Shown piece by piece: positions 11,651 through 25,670 of a DNA stretch of 64,000 bases. The position numbers and the translations under genes were made by a program. The number at the start of each line of letters is the position of its first letter. Position 1 is the first letter of the stretch. Below the pieces are notes generated by a model. That model ran no database searches, had not been told where the DNA came from, and was given only the letters and a program-made list of their open reading frames with translations. The DNA lies in assembly GCF_009914755.1 (NCBI RefSeq), contig NC_060925.1, one strand, 5' to 3'. Source of the DNA: the human T2T-CHM13v2.0 reference genome, Homo sapiens.

Positions 11651-13312
11651 TTTTCAGATATTGCAACAGACTTTTAAAAAATTACATTGGTTTGATTGAT
11701 AATTGCCTTTTTAACCACCTCCACCCCCACAAAAAACTACCTCTTCCAGTGAAAGCCTAGGAAAGGCAAGGAGAGCATTTCTGCTCCTGCTGCTTCCACT
11801 TTAACCCCCTCAATCAGCTGAGGTTGGTGAGTCATCCACTCCAGAGTGGTAGGCATTTGTAGCCTGAACACTGTCACATGTCCCCCAAGGGAGAGGTATA
11901 ATCAGAAGAGCAATAATGACTTTCTGCGAGCTGGGATGAATGACCTTATCCCCCAGGTCACCAGGCAATCATCTTCTGAAATCTGCCACAGATTTATCAC
12001 AATCCTTTCTCTTTCTTTCCACACTGACATTATTCCCTCTTCCTTTGCCCCACACACTCCAGCTTGCATCCAAGGGTTCTCTGATTGAATTGTCTGAGGA
12101 TGTAAACAGAACTTTCATATATCCCATCCTTCTCCTGGGTCAGGAGGGAAAGAAGTTGTTCTTGCCAAAATATAGGCTTAGTTACCTATTGGTTTGAACA
12201 TTCTCAACACCCTCACCTCCCCAACACATACACAAGCATGCCCACATGCACACACAAAGGGCCAACTGCACACGTTAATGCCACATCTTGCTAATTGTGT
12301 TACCCTTGCTGGTTATTATTAAGGTCTTTCTTTCAGGATGGAGAAACCCAGCCACATAATGATCAAGGAGACAAGTGGAGCATATCACTGCAGCGACTGT
12401 GCAATGATAATGAGTTACATAAATCAAAGTTGGGTAATTTACCTATCAGACTGAGCAGTGAATAGGGATTTTCAGTAACTGTGATTGTTTGGTGATAGAT
12501 TTTTTAAAATAACTCTTGTATGTAGATGTTCTGGAACTAGAGATTTGTTCCCCAAAGAGAGGCAGCAGAATGCTGTGCAGAACATGGCATGGCATGTCAA
12601 GAGACTCTTGAGCTAATTTTAGCTCTGCCACCTTGGGGAAGGAAGCCATTTCTCTTCTCAGGGCTTCTGATTCTTCTGTGAAATAAAATGAACTTTGCAC
12701 GCTCTAAAGGTCTCTTTCTATCGCAGATTGTATGTTGTCCACACTTGCTTTGTTCCAGCAAAGTGAAAGGGACTCCTTCCTGCCTTCCACTTTGCAGAGA
12801 GAACTGGGCTGGGGTACCAACGAGAGTCAGCCAGTTGTCTGCCCACCCACCGATGGGGTTCCCCATGTCCTCTTGTCCTTCACCAAATAGAGAAATATCA
12901 GTTGTTCCTCACTGTGAACACTGCTTCAACCTCAGACTCTAAACTAGATCAAGGGCTGGGATCAGCCTCTTCCTCTTTTTACACTGGATTAAATGGTTTG
13001 CACACATAACAGGGTGCTGTCACATCCAGTCCTTTCCCTCAAATTGGAGCACAATCAGTTTGTATTGTTAAACCCTTTTGTTTTTTTGGTGTTTTGTGAG
13101 TTAATACTTCAGAAATTGGAGAAATAAGTTATTATCTTTTGGAACCATAGGTTTAATAATTCATCTTGTTCCCATTTCCCAATTGAATAAACCTCAGGAA
13201 ATGGGATGTCCCTTGAGTCAGACCCAGACTCAGGCAGCAGAAGCCTCAGTGAGATTGATAGACACAAGGTGAGCTTGAGCCCAGGGTTGCTTCCAGGGGT
13301 CATGACAGGGAT

Positions 13313-13430
13313 TATGTGTATGTGTGTCTACATATATTTGTGCATCTTCATATATGTGTATATGTATACATATGTGTATCTGTATCTGTACATGTATGTG
13401 TGTATGAGTGTGTGTTTGTGTGCGTGTGCA
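13313..13430. repeat. Degenerate (TG/TA)n alternating purine-pyrimidine tract
   Basis: Direct inspection. Confidence 0.85.
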
Positions 13431-14667
13431 CAAAATGTATTGTTGTTGTCTCCTGGTTTATGTTCCTGAATCAAGTGATGGTTATATTTAAGATAAAGAG
13501 GGGGAAGAGGCCAAAAACTCACCCTTTTCCCAAACCACTAGTCTTTGCCTCCTTCTACAAATAAGGATCCCTTCACTTTCACCACAGGGAGAAAATAACA
13601 ATAATCTCTGCATGGAAAGAGATTCGCCAAGCATGAAGCATGTTGGCACTAGCTCCTCTAGAAATGAACAGATAAACAAACAAATGGGAGCTTGGAAGGA
13701 AGAGATAGTTTATGAATAAAACAATGTTTTATTAAGTTGCTATTAAATTTCAATTGAACAGTGCCTGGGATACATAGACACAGACATATTCCTGAAACTA
13801 ATTGGTTTTCCACATCTGCCTTGCTTCCTAATTGGACTAATTACTGCACTGTAGGATCATGTTCGTCGTACTACAGAAAGCAAGAAACCTTGATTTACAG
13901 TGAGAGGAGCAGCAATTAGAGGGAATTAATTCATAAAGCAACACCTAAATAAATCATATTATGAGAAGACAGAAATGTAATTATTTTGACTGGTGGGTCT
14001 CTGGCGGGTGAACATCAAACTTAAACCTCAAACCAAGCTGCTAAATTCTCCCCAGATCAGTGTAGCATCTCCTATTTCATTGAGCATGTGCTACCTATTC
14101 TTTAAGACCTAATTGAGGCGCTGTGTCAAAAACAATATGGCCCAACACATCTTCTCTCCAGTGACGGAGGAAAAAACATCAAGTTCTCACTACCTCGTAT
14201 TTGTCCTTTGTCAGAATTAAATATGAGCTCAGTATAACGTGGATAATGTGTTATGGCTGCAGTTTCAAAATGAGAGCCTTTGCAAACTTAAGTGTCATTA
14301 TGAATCTTCTCTCGACATCTAGTGGCATTTTTGGGTTGTAGCTAAGAGAGCTTATTAGTACGAATAGCATGTTAAACTCCAGCATCTCAGTAATTCATTT
14401 CCCCTTGCTCTGAGGGAACAGGCTAAGGTCCTGCTTGGCTGTAAGGGGCTTGAAGACCCCACTGTATTCACTGTCATCTTTCCCCTTTGACGGTGAAGAT
14501 CCTCTTCAGATCAAGAGACTCTGTTGTTTTTATTTTTGGGTTTGGGTTTGGGTTTTTTGTTTTTGGTTTTGGCTTTTTTGGTCCTTCTTTCTGTCATTCA
14601 CATTATATCCGAGAAGAACTTGTGAAGAGCCTCCAGAGTAAATCCTCTGAGTCTCAGTTTCCTCATC

Positions 14668-15039
14668 TGCTTTGGTTTGAATGTACGTGTCCCCTCAAAG
14701 TTTATATGTTGAAATGTAACCTCCAAGGTGATGGTATTAGGACATGAGATGAGGCCTTTGGGAAGTGATTACAGCATGAAGGTGGAGCCCTCGTGACTGG
14801 AAATAGTGCCTTTATAAAAGAAACCTCAGAGCACTAGACAGCTAGCCCTTTCTTTCTATTGTGTGACAACACAGCAAAAAGGTGCCATCTGTGAACCAGA
14901 AAGCAGGCCCCCACCAAACACTGAGCATGCTGGCATCTTGATCTTGGACTTCCAGCCTCCAGAACTGTGAGAAATAAATTTTTGTTGTTTATAAGCCACC
15001 CAGTTTATGGTTTTTGTTATAGCTTCACAGACTAAAACA
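14668..15039 (+). mobile_element. MLT1A-type MaLR solo LTR inserted in a MIR
   Basis: TG...CA ends; cttggacttccagcctccagaactgtgagaaataaa. Confidence 0.88.
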
Positions 15040-15256
15040 CTATCCATTAAATTTAGGGAAGTAGACTTGGCTGTTCTAATGACCTCTTCTATTTTGACAT
15101 GCTAGGACTCCCATCCAGTAATCACCAAGTACTTTGACAATTTAACACCTTCAGTTCTGGTCTTTAACAACTTTCTTCTCTATACTGTAGAGATATGAGT
15201 TGAAAAGGAATGATAGAAGCTGGAGAGGAAAGGGAGTTAAGGAATTAAGAAAGATA

Positions 15257-15458
15257 GGCCAGTGTGGTGGCTCATGTCTGCAGTTCCAAAACCTTGGGAA
15301 GCCAACTCAGGCAGATTGCTTAAGGCTAGGAGTTCAAAATCAGCCTGGGAAACATGGCAAAACTCCATCTCTACAAAAACATACAAAAATTAGCCAGGCA
15401 TGGTGGTGTGTGCCTGTAGTCCCAGCTACCTGGGAGGCTGAGGTAGGAGGACTGCTTT
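15257..15458 (+). mobile_element. AluJ-like, 3'-truncated
   Basis: Left arm plus part of the right arm, ending abruptly at ggaggactgctt. Confidence 0.9.
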
Positions 15459-16427
15459 AGTTTAGAGTTTAACTTTGAAGCAAGGATGATAATAGTCTTT
15501 CCTAAAACTGACCCCTTCTGGGGACTGAAACTGCCTTTGTAAGATTAATGAAAGGCCACAAGGTTAGGATTAAAGCAGGGACCTGAATTCTGCTAAGCTG
15601 TAGGCATAGTTAAACAATAACCAGCCATTGTCCCTAGCTTGCTTTTCTTTCTTTCTTTCTTTCTTTTTTTTGAAATGGAGTCTCGCTCTGTTTCCCAGGC
15701 TGGAGTGCAGCAGTAGCACAATCTCTGCTCACTGCAACCTCCACCTCCTGGGCTCAATGATTCTCCTGTCAGCCTCCCAAGTAGCTGGCATTACAGACTT
15801 CCACCACCATGCCTAGCTAATTTTTTTATTTTTAGTAGAGACAGTCTTTCACCATGTTGGCCAGGCTGGTTTTGATCTCCCGACCTAAAATGATCTGCCC
15901 ACCTCAGCCTCCCAAAGCATTGGGATTACAGGTGTGAGACACTGTGCCTGACCCCTAGCTTGCTTTCTTATAATTCCTTACTGCTCAGGAGTCATGTAGC
16001 AAAAGATCATGAGATCTGAAACTTCCCTACTTGCTTCTATAGATTACATCACTAATGTAAAGCCTAAGATTGATCTTTGAGATATTTTTCAGATGTTTGC
16101 ACTCTGATGACCAACTGACATCACCCCAACCCATGACTTATACCAAGGAACTGACTCAATGGTTTTATGACCTCTACCTAGAAACTGATGATAATTTCAT
16201 CCCCAACCAATCAGCAGCACACATTCCTGAGCCCCCTACCTGGCAAATTATCCTTAAAAATCCTAGTCTCTGAGATCTCAGGGAGGCAGAGTTGAGAAAT
16301 ATCTCTCATCCTTTCCAGTTGGCTGCTTTGCAATAAGAAAACACTTTCTTTACTACAACACCACTGTCTCAGGGTATTGGCTTTTCTGTGCCACAGGTAA
16401 GAAGAACCTTTCCACTGGGGAGTCACA
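15459..16427 (+). mobile_element. LTR8-family (MER4-group ERV1) LTR, 5'-truncated, interrupted by an Alu
   Basis: tagtttagagtttaactttgaagcaagg, ccaatcagcagc and ttatccttaaaaa blocks; ends ...gtcaca. Confidence 0.75.
15646..15953 (-). mobile_element. AluS
   Basis: Reverse dimer; TSD cctagcttgcttt. Confidence 0.95.
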
Positions 16428-16941
16428 CACATGCAAAAGAATGTAAGTATTTCACAAATAAACCAGTGGCTTCCAAAAGCATTTAAATTACCCAACTCTA
16501 GATATTACAAGAATCTGTGATTATTCAAAACTTGCAGAAACTATAATGTCACATTATTATAAAATAAAAGGAATCAGTGTATTTGGAGAGTACCTTTAAA
16601 CAACCAGCTGCTTAAATAAGAGAGATTTTTAAAAAAATACAGCAAACTAAGGCAATTCAGTAACCATGTATAGATAAAGGCTTCTAACAAACAGAAAAAA
16701 AGAATGCTTAAACATCTGAAAAATTGAATTTGAAACTGCCAAGTTCAATTTTGGCTCTATCCATTCCTTAGAAAATCTGTTCAGTAAGAGAAAATCCTAG
16801 GTGAATTAATGAGGACAGAGATGCTTGAACAAACAAATGTTATTGAGTATCTATTAGGCAACGCACCCAGCTGGAAGTAGAAAGGAGAAGGGATAAGAGT
16901 GGAGGCAGGGTGTGATAGGGAGAAACAAACCTAGAAAGCTC

Positions 16942-18072
16942 TGTAGAGGAAGAAAAAACCTTTTCCCTCTACCCATCTCAGGTTCTCCAGCTATGGCCCG
17001 TAAATGGAACCAACTAAAGACAGATTAACAAGAGAAAAATGTAGGAGAGGAAAAATAATGTTCTCTCTACTCTTCATAACTCTTAACTGGAAGAGACTCC
17101 TGTAACAAAAGACAGATTAACAGGAGAAAAACAAACAGAAGTTTAAAAACATGTATAGTTCATGTACATACAGGAGATATCCAGAGAAATAAGCAAATCT
17201 CAAACAGCTATCCTGGAATTCAGGCTTAAATACCATCATTTGCTGAAACAAAGCAAGAAAGGTATGGGGAGGGCATATTATGATGATAATTATTATAATG
17301 ATGAGAAAAAGCATGGGCAAGGGTTAAGTTCATTATGCAGATTTAAGTCTGTGCCTTCTCCATTAGCAAAAGGCTCTCATGATTTAGAGTCATTCTTCTA
17401 TTCCTGGTACAGAGAAGGAGACACCCTTACAAATGGATATTTCCTTAATAGATTTACATTTCCCTTACAAAAGGGCAACTTCTACTCTGTTTCCAAGACT
17501 TCTCCTGTTTCTGCAGCTTCTCAGAATAATCAGCTCAAAATAATCCTTATGCCAAAGAGGCATATTTTAAGGTGGTATTTTCTGGTTTCCTACAAAAACA
17601 AAAAAATGTATTAGCATTTGTTTGATGCATACACATGGGAGTAGCCAAAAAATGATTAACTAAAAGTGATGGTTAGAATTTGAACTTATGTTAACATCTT
17701 AATAAAAGGAAAATAAAAATTTAAGGAAATGACAAGGCAAAGAAAAAGGACTTTGACTTTCTAGGATGGCAAATTGTAGCAAGGAAAACATAAATAACAG
17801 AAAATAAGGGCTAGTTAATAAAGTTTGCTATGTAGATTCTTCTGGTGCCATCTCCAGGCTGATAGGGTCTAAAGTTGTTTCCAATGATTAACTTTCATCC
17901 TTTTTAGTAGAGAGGGGAGAAAGAACAACTTTACAAATTCATGTCCTGATTTTAGGCCAATACGGAGAGGGCAAAGTGTTTTTCTTGATTGTCTTCTTCT
18001 CAATTGCTTTAGTTCAAAATAATCTTTTTGAGTAAGTGGCATATTTTGGAGTGGCACATTCTGCTACTCCAT
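16942..18072 (-). mobile_element. MER34-family ERV1 LTR (outer, split)
   Basis: Right end is the reverse complement of the MER34-like start (gccactccaaaatatgccac); text is continuous across the inner insertion. Confidence 0.75.
17040..17594 (-). mobile_element. MER34-family ERV1 LTR (inner, nested)
   Basis: TG...CA; cagctcaaaataatccttatgccaaagaggcatatttt; 4-bp TSD AAAA. Confidence 0.8.
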
Positions 18073-18522
18073 AGCTCACTGTTTAGTGAAAGGAGACAAT
18101 CACAACACAACTGACCATCTATAGACACTTAGGTAAGAACTGCAGTTATGATACTTCTAGTTTCTTAACTGACAGTGGAGCTAAATATTTGAAATCATGT
18201 CTGTCCCTGGGTTAGCTCTACTTAGCCTTGAGTCCTGTGAGTTGAGAAGAGGAAAGAGTTCACCAAAGGGATGAGTAGAACATCCACAGTCACTGTGAGT
18301 GGGGAAAGGGAGTATTCCAAGTAGAAGGCGCAGTATGTGTACCCAAAAGGTCAACATGCAAGTTCCTTATACTGTTGAGACACCATCACTCAGCAAGATG
18401 GGCATAGAATATTAAAGTAAGACAATGGGAAAGAGGAAGCCAGATTGCAGATTGCCTAAGGTGCTGTGTAAGGGCATCAGGATTTAGTCTATATATAGAT
18501 GATGATTAAGCTTATGATCACC

Positions 18523-18738
18523 TGTGGCTAATCATATTTTCCAAAATTGGCCACAGTAATATTTTCAAGTCTCACATGCTCTTCTAGAACTTTGCCACTC
18601 CCCTTCAAGGATGGAGTTCATTCTCTTCTCCCTGAATCTGGGCAGACTATAACTGATCAGACCAACAGAATAGCAGCAGTGATATTCCATGACTTTGAGG
18701 CTAGGCCATAAAAAGCATATATCCCCCCAATCTCTATC

Positions 18739-18782
<44 letters not shown>

Positions 18783-19117
18783 TCCCCCTCTTTATCTCAA
18801 TCTCCCAACCACTATGATGTAAAAAAGCCCAGGCCACATGCAGAAGCCCCATGTGAGTGTCTTAACCCTCAGCACTAGCTAAGGTCTCAGCCAACAGCCA
18901 GCATCAACAACCATACATGTGGAATGGGAAGTATTCACATGACTCCAGTTTCCAGCCCTCACGTCTTCCACCTGAGACCCCAGATATTGTGGAGCAGAGG
19001 AAATGCCCTGTTGAAATTTCTGACCCATGGACTTCAGGAGCATAGTAAATGATTCTTTGAATGACAATACGTTTTAGAGTAATTTATTGTGTATCCAGTA
19101 TACAGTAACTGGAATAT
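18523..19117 (+). mobile_element. Old MLT1 MaLR LTR (MLT1G/H-like) with internal (TC)n at ~18730-18785
   Basis: ccaaaattggccacag..., gaggctaggccataaaaag and cagccaacagccagcatcaac blocks. Confidence 0.75.
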
Positions 19118-19390
19118 GATCTTAATAATAACAGAGCTTTATAGATTTTCACATTCACTACTCACTTGGTCCCCAATGGGGGACGAATTGTTATTCTCCT
19201 AATTTTATAAAAAGGCAAAGTTCCTTGATTAAGAGACAGAGCTAGCAGATGGTAGAGCTTGCATTGAAACCAAAATGTTCTGGCTCCAAATCTTGTTTTC
19301 TTTCCACTATACTACTCTCACTGGATAACACTGCATTTTGGTGAATAGGAGATGGGCTCAATTAGATCTGTGATTTAGAACGTGTTTCTA

Positions 19391-19680
<290 letters not shown>

Positions 19681-19706
19681 AGAAGGTGATTCTAGGGACA
19701 GTGTAG

Positions 19707-20070
<364 letters not shown>

Positions 20071-21412
20071 TAGCTTTGCCTTCTATGAACTGTGTGACTT
20101 GGGCAAATTAAGAGATGTGCCTGAGTTTCTTTATTGGCAAATAATTTGGAACAATGCTTGGCAACCCAATGTGCTCAATAAATGTTGCTCATGATTATGG
20201 ATTAAGTAATTGCTGTAGATCCAGGAAAAGAGGCCCCTGCCCTGGACCCTCCACTTTAGAAGGACCCTCTCTGGCCCATCTCCAGTTCTGCTTCTATTCA
20301 TAGGGCAAAAGTACATGAGCCAAGAAAACATGATCATCCAAGCCTGTGTCCTTCCCTCTAGAGTGAGCTCAGTTCACTCAGAATCCTGAAATTCCCTGCA
20401 CATATGACTCCAGGCCTGCTTCCGTGGCACAAATCATTATCTTTCCTGGTTCTTCACCCTAAGAGTAGACTGTGCTATTGACATTTTCACCCTAGGCCTA
20501 GGGGTGGCCAAAGCTTGGCTGCTTACAGGAGGTGTGGATGAATCTCACACGTGCAAACCCAAAACTCTCACAACTGTCTACACATCCTCTCCTATTATGG
20601 GATGGAGTTGCAATGCAAACAAGGGAGTGTGGACAATGGGCCAGGGTCCAGGAGTCAGTACTTCACATGCTACAACATTTCACCATGTAACTCTGGGGAG
20701 TCTAAACACTTTAAATTTGAATCTGAGCTTCCAGGTCATTATGAAGGTATATTTCTTAAATCAGAAGGCAAAAATGCAAGTTTCTTTAGCTTGATTTATG
20801 AGTTTTAAATATTTAGACATTTAGCATTAGGATCTCCATTCATATTCTCACCCCAGAGCATGTCAATCTTAGGAAAGAGACAAAAGGCAGGGAGACCAGT
20901 GGAAGAGCTCTTGCAGGCACTGAGATGACAAAAGGAAAGCCAGATTAGTGGTTAGGAACTTTCAAAGGAGAAACAGAATGGAGACATTTCAGGAGTAGAA
21001 GTGATAAGTTCATCTCCTAGTGGGAGAATGGGTTTGGGAATGGCCTCAGTGATGTCTCAGAGTCCTCTACCTGGATGTGTGGATTAGAAAGAAACAGTGG
21101 GAAAAGACACAGGTTTTGGGAGAGGAATATATACTTTGGTTCTACACATGCTGTGTTTGTGGGGCCAGCAGGCTATCCACAAGGTGAGGACTGTGGCTTG
21201 AGATATAGATTTGGAAAATTTAAGACATGAAGTTAATGTAATCAGGGTGGAAGAAGAAGGCTGAGCAGCAATTCAGAGGAAGAGCCGCAAATATGTTGTA
21301 CCAGTCAGGATAAGCTGAAGTGACAACCCCAAAATCTCAGGAACTAACAACATTAAAGGTCTGTTTCTCACTCATACACGTGCACTGTGGGTCAGCTAGG
21401 GCTCTGCCCTTG

Positions 21413-21837
21413 TGTCTTAGTCCATTTTGTGTTTCTGTAACAGAATACCTGAGAGTGGGTAATTTATAAAGAAAAGAGGCTTATCTAGCTCACAGTTCTA
21501 CAGGCTGGGAAGTTCATGGTAATGGCACTGGCTTCTGGCAAGAATTTTTCCTGCTGCAACGTAACATGCTGAAAGGTCAAAGGGGTAAGAGAGAGGTACG
21601 AAGGGGCCAAATGCTAAGGGCATCCTGGGTTTATAACAACTTACATTCTCAGGAGTTAATATATTCCTGAGAGAGGAAGAACACACCCCTGTGAGATGGT
21701 ATGAATCTCTTCATGAAGGATCCACTTCATGGCCCAAATACCTCCCACTGGGCCCCATGATGTCCCAATGCATCAGCACTGGCAATTAAACTTTAACATG
21801 AGTTTTGGTGGAGACAAACTTCACCCAAACTACAGCA
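21413..21837 (-). mobile_element. MST-type MaLR LTR
   Basis: tgtcttagtccattttgtg...aaactacagca; TSD ccttg/ccatg. Confidence 0.85.
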
Positions 21838-21915
21838 CCATGCTTTCTCTCCAGGATCCGGGCCAGTGGAAGAGCATGGCTGGTGGTGGGTAACTGAGGA
21901 AAAAGGTAGCCTGGT

Positions 21916-22233
21916 TGCTATGACCTGAATGTGTGTGTCCCCCACCAAATTCATGTGTTGAAATCCCAAGTCCCAGTGGAATGGTATTAGAAGATGGGGG
22001 ACTTTGGTGAGTGCTCCCTCATGAATGGGATTAGTGTCCTTATAAAAGGAGCCCCAGAGAGCTGCCCCACCCCTTCTACTGTGTGAAGATGCAGCAAGAA
22101 GTTACTAAGAGGAATAAGCCCTCACCAGACACCAAATCTGCCAGCACCTGGATCTCGGACTTCCTAACCTCCAGAAATGTGAGGAATAACAGTTGTTCAT
22201 AAGGTATTTTCATTATAGTGCCCTAAACAAAGA
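21916..22233 (+). mobile_element. MLT1A-type LTR
   Basis: tgctatgacctgaatgtgtgtgtccccc...ccctcatgaatgggattagtg. Confidence 0.85.
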
Positions 22234-22676
22234 GAGTGGCAATCCACACATTGGCTCTTACAGCCCCTTCTTGGAAATGGCATAGGACCCTGTTAGGCAA
22301 AGCAAGTTACATGGTAAAAACTGCCATCAGTGGAGCAGGGAGGTACAACCTTTTCCAGGGAGAGGCAGTGGTTATTTTTGAATATTCTAGAAAACTAAGT
22401 CATCTCATCTTTCTCCCCATCCTTTCCCTGTTCCATAACTGAAGCTATCTAAGATGGGAGTGGGGTTCAGGGCTACTTTTAAAATAACTATAGTAGTTAA
22501 CCAGATTATTTTGGAGGGAAGAGAAGGATTAAGGTGCCAATGTTCCAAATGAGGACAAATGTACATGCAAATGTATAAAGATGAAAAGAGCATTCATCCA
22601 GTCAGTAGGCACTTATTTATCATCTACGAAGTACTGAGTATTGGAAAAAAATCTTTCTACAAACCCAATAAATGAA

Positions 22677-23256
22677 TGTAGGGAAGGAAAAAAAATCCCC
22701 TTACCCTCTTATTTTTAGTGGCTGGTCTTGCAAAATAAACTGACAAAGGCAATTTAACAGGAGAAAAGCATACATGCTTATTTAAAATTAAAAGTTTTAT
22801 ATGGCACAAGAGAGCTTCATAAAGAAGAGAAAAGCCTCCAAAGAAGCAGTTAGGCTTGGAGGCTTTTATGCCATTCAGACAATGAATGATCAATTTGTAG
22901 AGAAGTGATAAGACAAAGGAAAGGCGTTTCTGGGCTTTTTAGGGATGGTAAACTGTGGGAAGGTAAATACATGGGTGACACTCAATGATAGATAACGGTT
23001 ACTTTGCGAGGTTTGTTTTTGTAAATTATTTTCAGTGCCATCTCATCTCTGGTGATAATGTTGTCTTCCCCTAACTGGTACAAAAAGTAGGGTGGGTGGA
23101 ATACCTTCACAAGAAGAATTTATGTTCCACTTTCAGGAAGATAGGGAGAGAGCAGAAAACTCATCCTGTGTCTGCTTTGTCTCAATTGCCTCTAGCTCAA
23201 AATAATTCATATGCCAGGGTGGCATATTTGGGAGCAGTATATTCTGGTCTGCTACA
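22677..23256 (-). mobile_element. MER34-family ERV1 solo LTR
   Basis: TG...CA; ctagctcaaaataattcatatgccagggtggcatatttg; TSD tgaa/tgag. Confidence 0.78.
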
Positions 23257-23753
23257 TGAGCTAATACACCCAATACAACTGATGACTTATAGTCATAAGA
23301 GAAAATACAAGTTTTATCCAAATTGCTTTATATAAATTATACAAAAGTTTTTATATAATTGCTTTATATATATGAACCACACCTCCTCTTTTCCTCAGTG
23401 TGATAGTTGTTACTCCTGTCTATCTTAGTCTGTTTGGATGGCTGTAACAAAATAGCCTAGACTAGGTGTCTTACAAACAACAAAAATGTCTCACAGTTCT
23501 GGGGGCTGGGAAGTCCAGATAAAGGCACTGGCAGATCTGGTGTCTTGTGAAGGCCCATTTTCTGGTTCATATGTAGCATCTTCTTACTGTATCCTCACAT
23601 GTTGGATGCAGTGAGGGGTCTCTCTCAGGTCTCTTTAATAAAATCTCATTCATGAGGGCTCTTACCCCTGTCCTATTCATCTCCAAGGCTCCACCTCTTA
23701 ATACTATCATCTTGGGGGTTAGGATTTCAACATATAAATTTGGGAGGAGAGGC

Positions 23754-24405
23754 TGTTTTGAATGAGCTACTTTGAGCTTCTACATTAACTTAGCTGTTGT
23801 TTCCAGCAGTCACCAGAGATGCCAATAACACCAGGAGAAGATCCACCTGCATGAATCTTCTCAAGGCAGGCCTCACCATCAGGAGTCTGATCGCAGGTGC
23901 AACTGCAATGACGCAAAAACAATGTGAAGGTTTAAGACTTTTTAGTACTTACAGACCCTGGGGGTGTCAATGGCATGCCTGGAGGCCACATACCAGGGAA
24001 TGCAGGCAGAGGGAGAGAGAAGGGACCCATGGGCCAGTGTTTTTATTGGGTACAGGGTGTTATCCAAACAGGTTGCCCAAGGGGAGTTGTAATGGGTCAG
24101 TTGAACACAAGTGAGCTCTAGTTCCAGGAGGCCACACTGTGACTGAGAGGTGATCACATTAAGTTCTTGGGCAAATTGTTTAAATGGTCAGTTTAAAGGA
24201 AATGGCAGGAAAATGTTGAGCCCAGCCTGTTAGGCAAGAAAGATGCCTCTAAGTATTATCTCTGGCCACCAGCTGGGGCCATTTGGGTGGGATATAGTAC
24301 TAGGAACTGTGTCAAGGATGACTGAACCCTGCTTCTAATATAAGAAAGTTAAACGTATTTTAAAATAGATGCTGAGGCAACATAAAATTATAAACACTTA
24401 CTACA
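23754..24405 (-). mobile_element. ERVL-class LTR (MER54/MER76/LTR47 group) nested in the MLT1A LTR
   Basis: Reverse start tgtagtaagtgtttataattttatgttgcctcagcatc; left boundary is approximate and there is no clean TSD. Confidence 0.7.
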
Positions 24406-25670
24406 AACATTCTGACATTCTGATTTACCCCCCAAATTCATTTCCTTCTTGCATGCAAAATACATTTCTTCCATCCGAATAGCCCCCAAAGTCTTAACTC
24501 ATTCCAGCATCAACGTCTGAATTCCAAAGTCTCATCTAAATGTCATCTCAATATGATATTTAGATGAGATGAGATATGGGTGAGACTTAAGGTATGATTC
24601 ATTCTGAGCCAATTCCCCATCCCCCTCCAGCTATAAGCCTGTGAAATCAAACTAGTTTTGTACCTACAATATATAATTGTGGAATGGGCATAGGACAGTC
24701 ATTCCCATTATACAAGGGAGAAATAGGAAAGTAGAAAGAAGTGACATATCTCAAGCAAGTCCAAAATCCAACAAGGCCAAGAACATTCAGTCTTACAGCC
24801 CTAAAACAATCTTTGTTGAGTTGCTGGTCTGCCCTCTAAAACCACTAGAGTGGAGGTATGCCTTCTGGACCTACTGGGGTGGCTGTCTTTCCCCTTTGGA
24901 TTTGAGCAGCCCTGCTCCCATGGCTTTGCGGCATGCAACCCACACTGCACCCCTCAAGGGTTGGAATAATGTGCCTGCAGCTTTCCTAGGCCAGAATGAA
25001 GTGCTGATGTCTTTACCAGCCTGGGGTCATGATTCACCTTAATGAATTTGCTGGGCATTGCCCTAGTTCTTTGCAGTAGCCCTACCTCCACAGCTGCTCT
25101 TTGCCTGGGTCCTTCAGCTTTGGGGGCATCTTTTGGAGTCTGGGTGGAGGCAGTCAAGCCCCTACACCTTTGCAGGGTGCAGCACAAACCATACCAGGCC
25201 CCCTGGAGCCACACTTGGGGCAGTTGAGGAGCATAGAAATGGAGTGTGAAGAGCAGAGCCCATGATGAGGCAGCACTAAGCAGGAGGTGTGCTCTGCTTT
25301 CCTTTAAAATTGTTCTGCTCTGCAGGCGCCTGCACTCTGGGACTGTGATGGGAGGGACAGCCCTGATGATCTCCAAGATACCTTTAGAGTCGTTCTTCTA
25401 TTGTCTTAGACAATAAGTCCTGGCCTCTATTTAGACGGGTGATTCATACTAATTTTCTATCCATTTTGGCCACATCTTTCATTTTCTTTCTCAAACAGGC
25501 TTTCTCATTTTTTCCAATATAGATAGGCTGTGAATTTTTTAGATTTTTAAGTTCTGCTGTCATTTTGATTAGTCTTTAAATCATTCCTTTTTTCCCCCTC
25601 ACGTTTACTATAAGCAATCAAGAGAAACTAAGCCATACCTTCAAGACTGCTTAAAAATAGCTTCAGCTAA

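Larger units (their letters stand above)
21297..22390 (-). mobile_element. Old MLT1 (J/K-like) LTR split by two younger MaLR LTRs
   Basis: Pieces at ~21297-21412, 21838-21915 and 22235-22390. Confidence 0.6.

Noticed and set aside
17162-17614. 150-aa ORF
   Set aside because: It lies almost entirely antisense within a MER34-family LTR and is a chance ORF.
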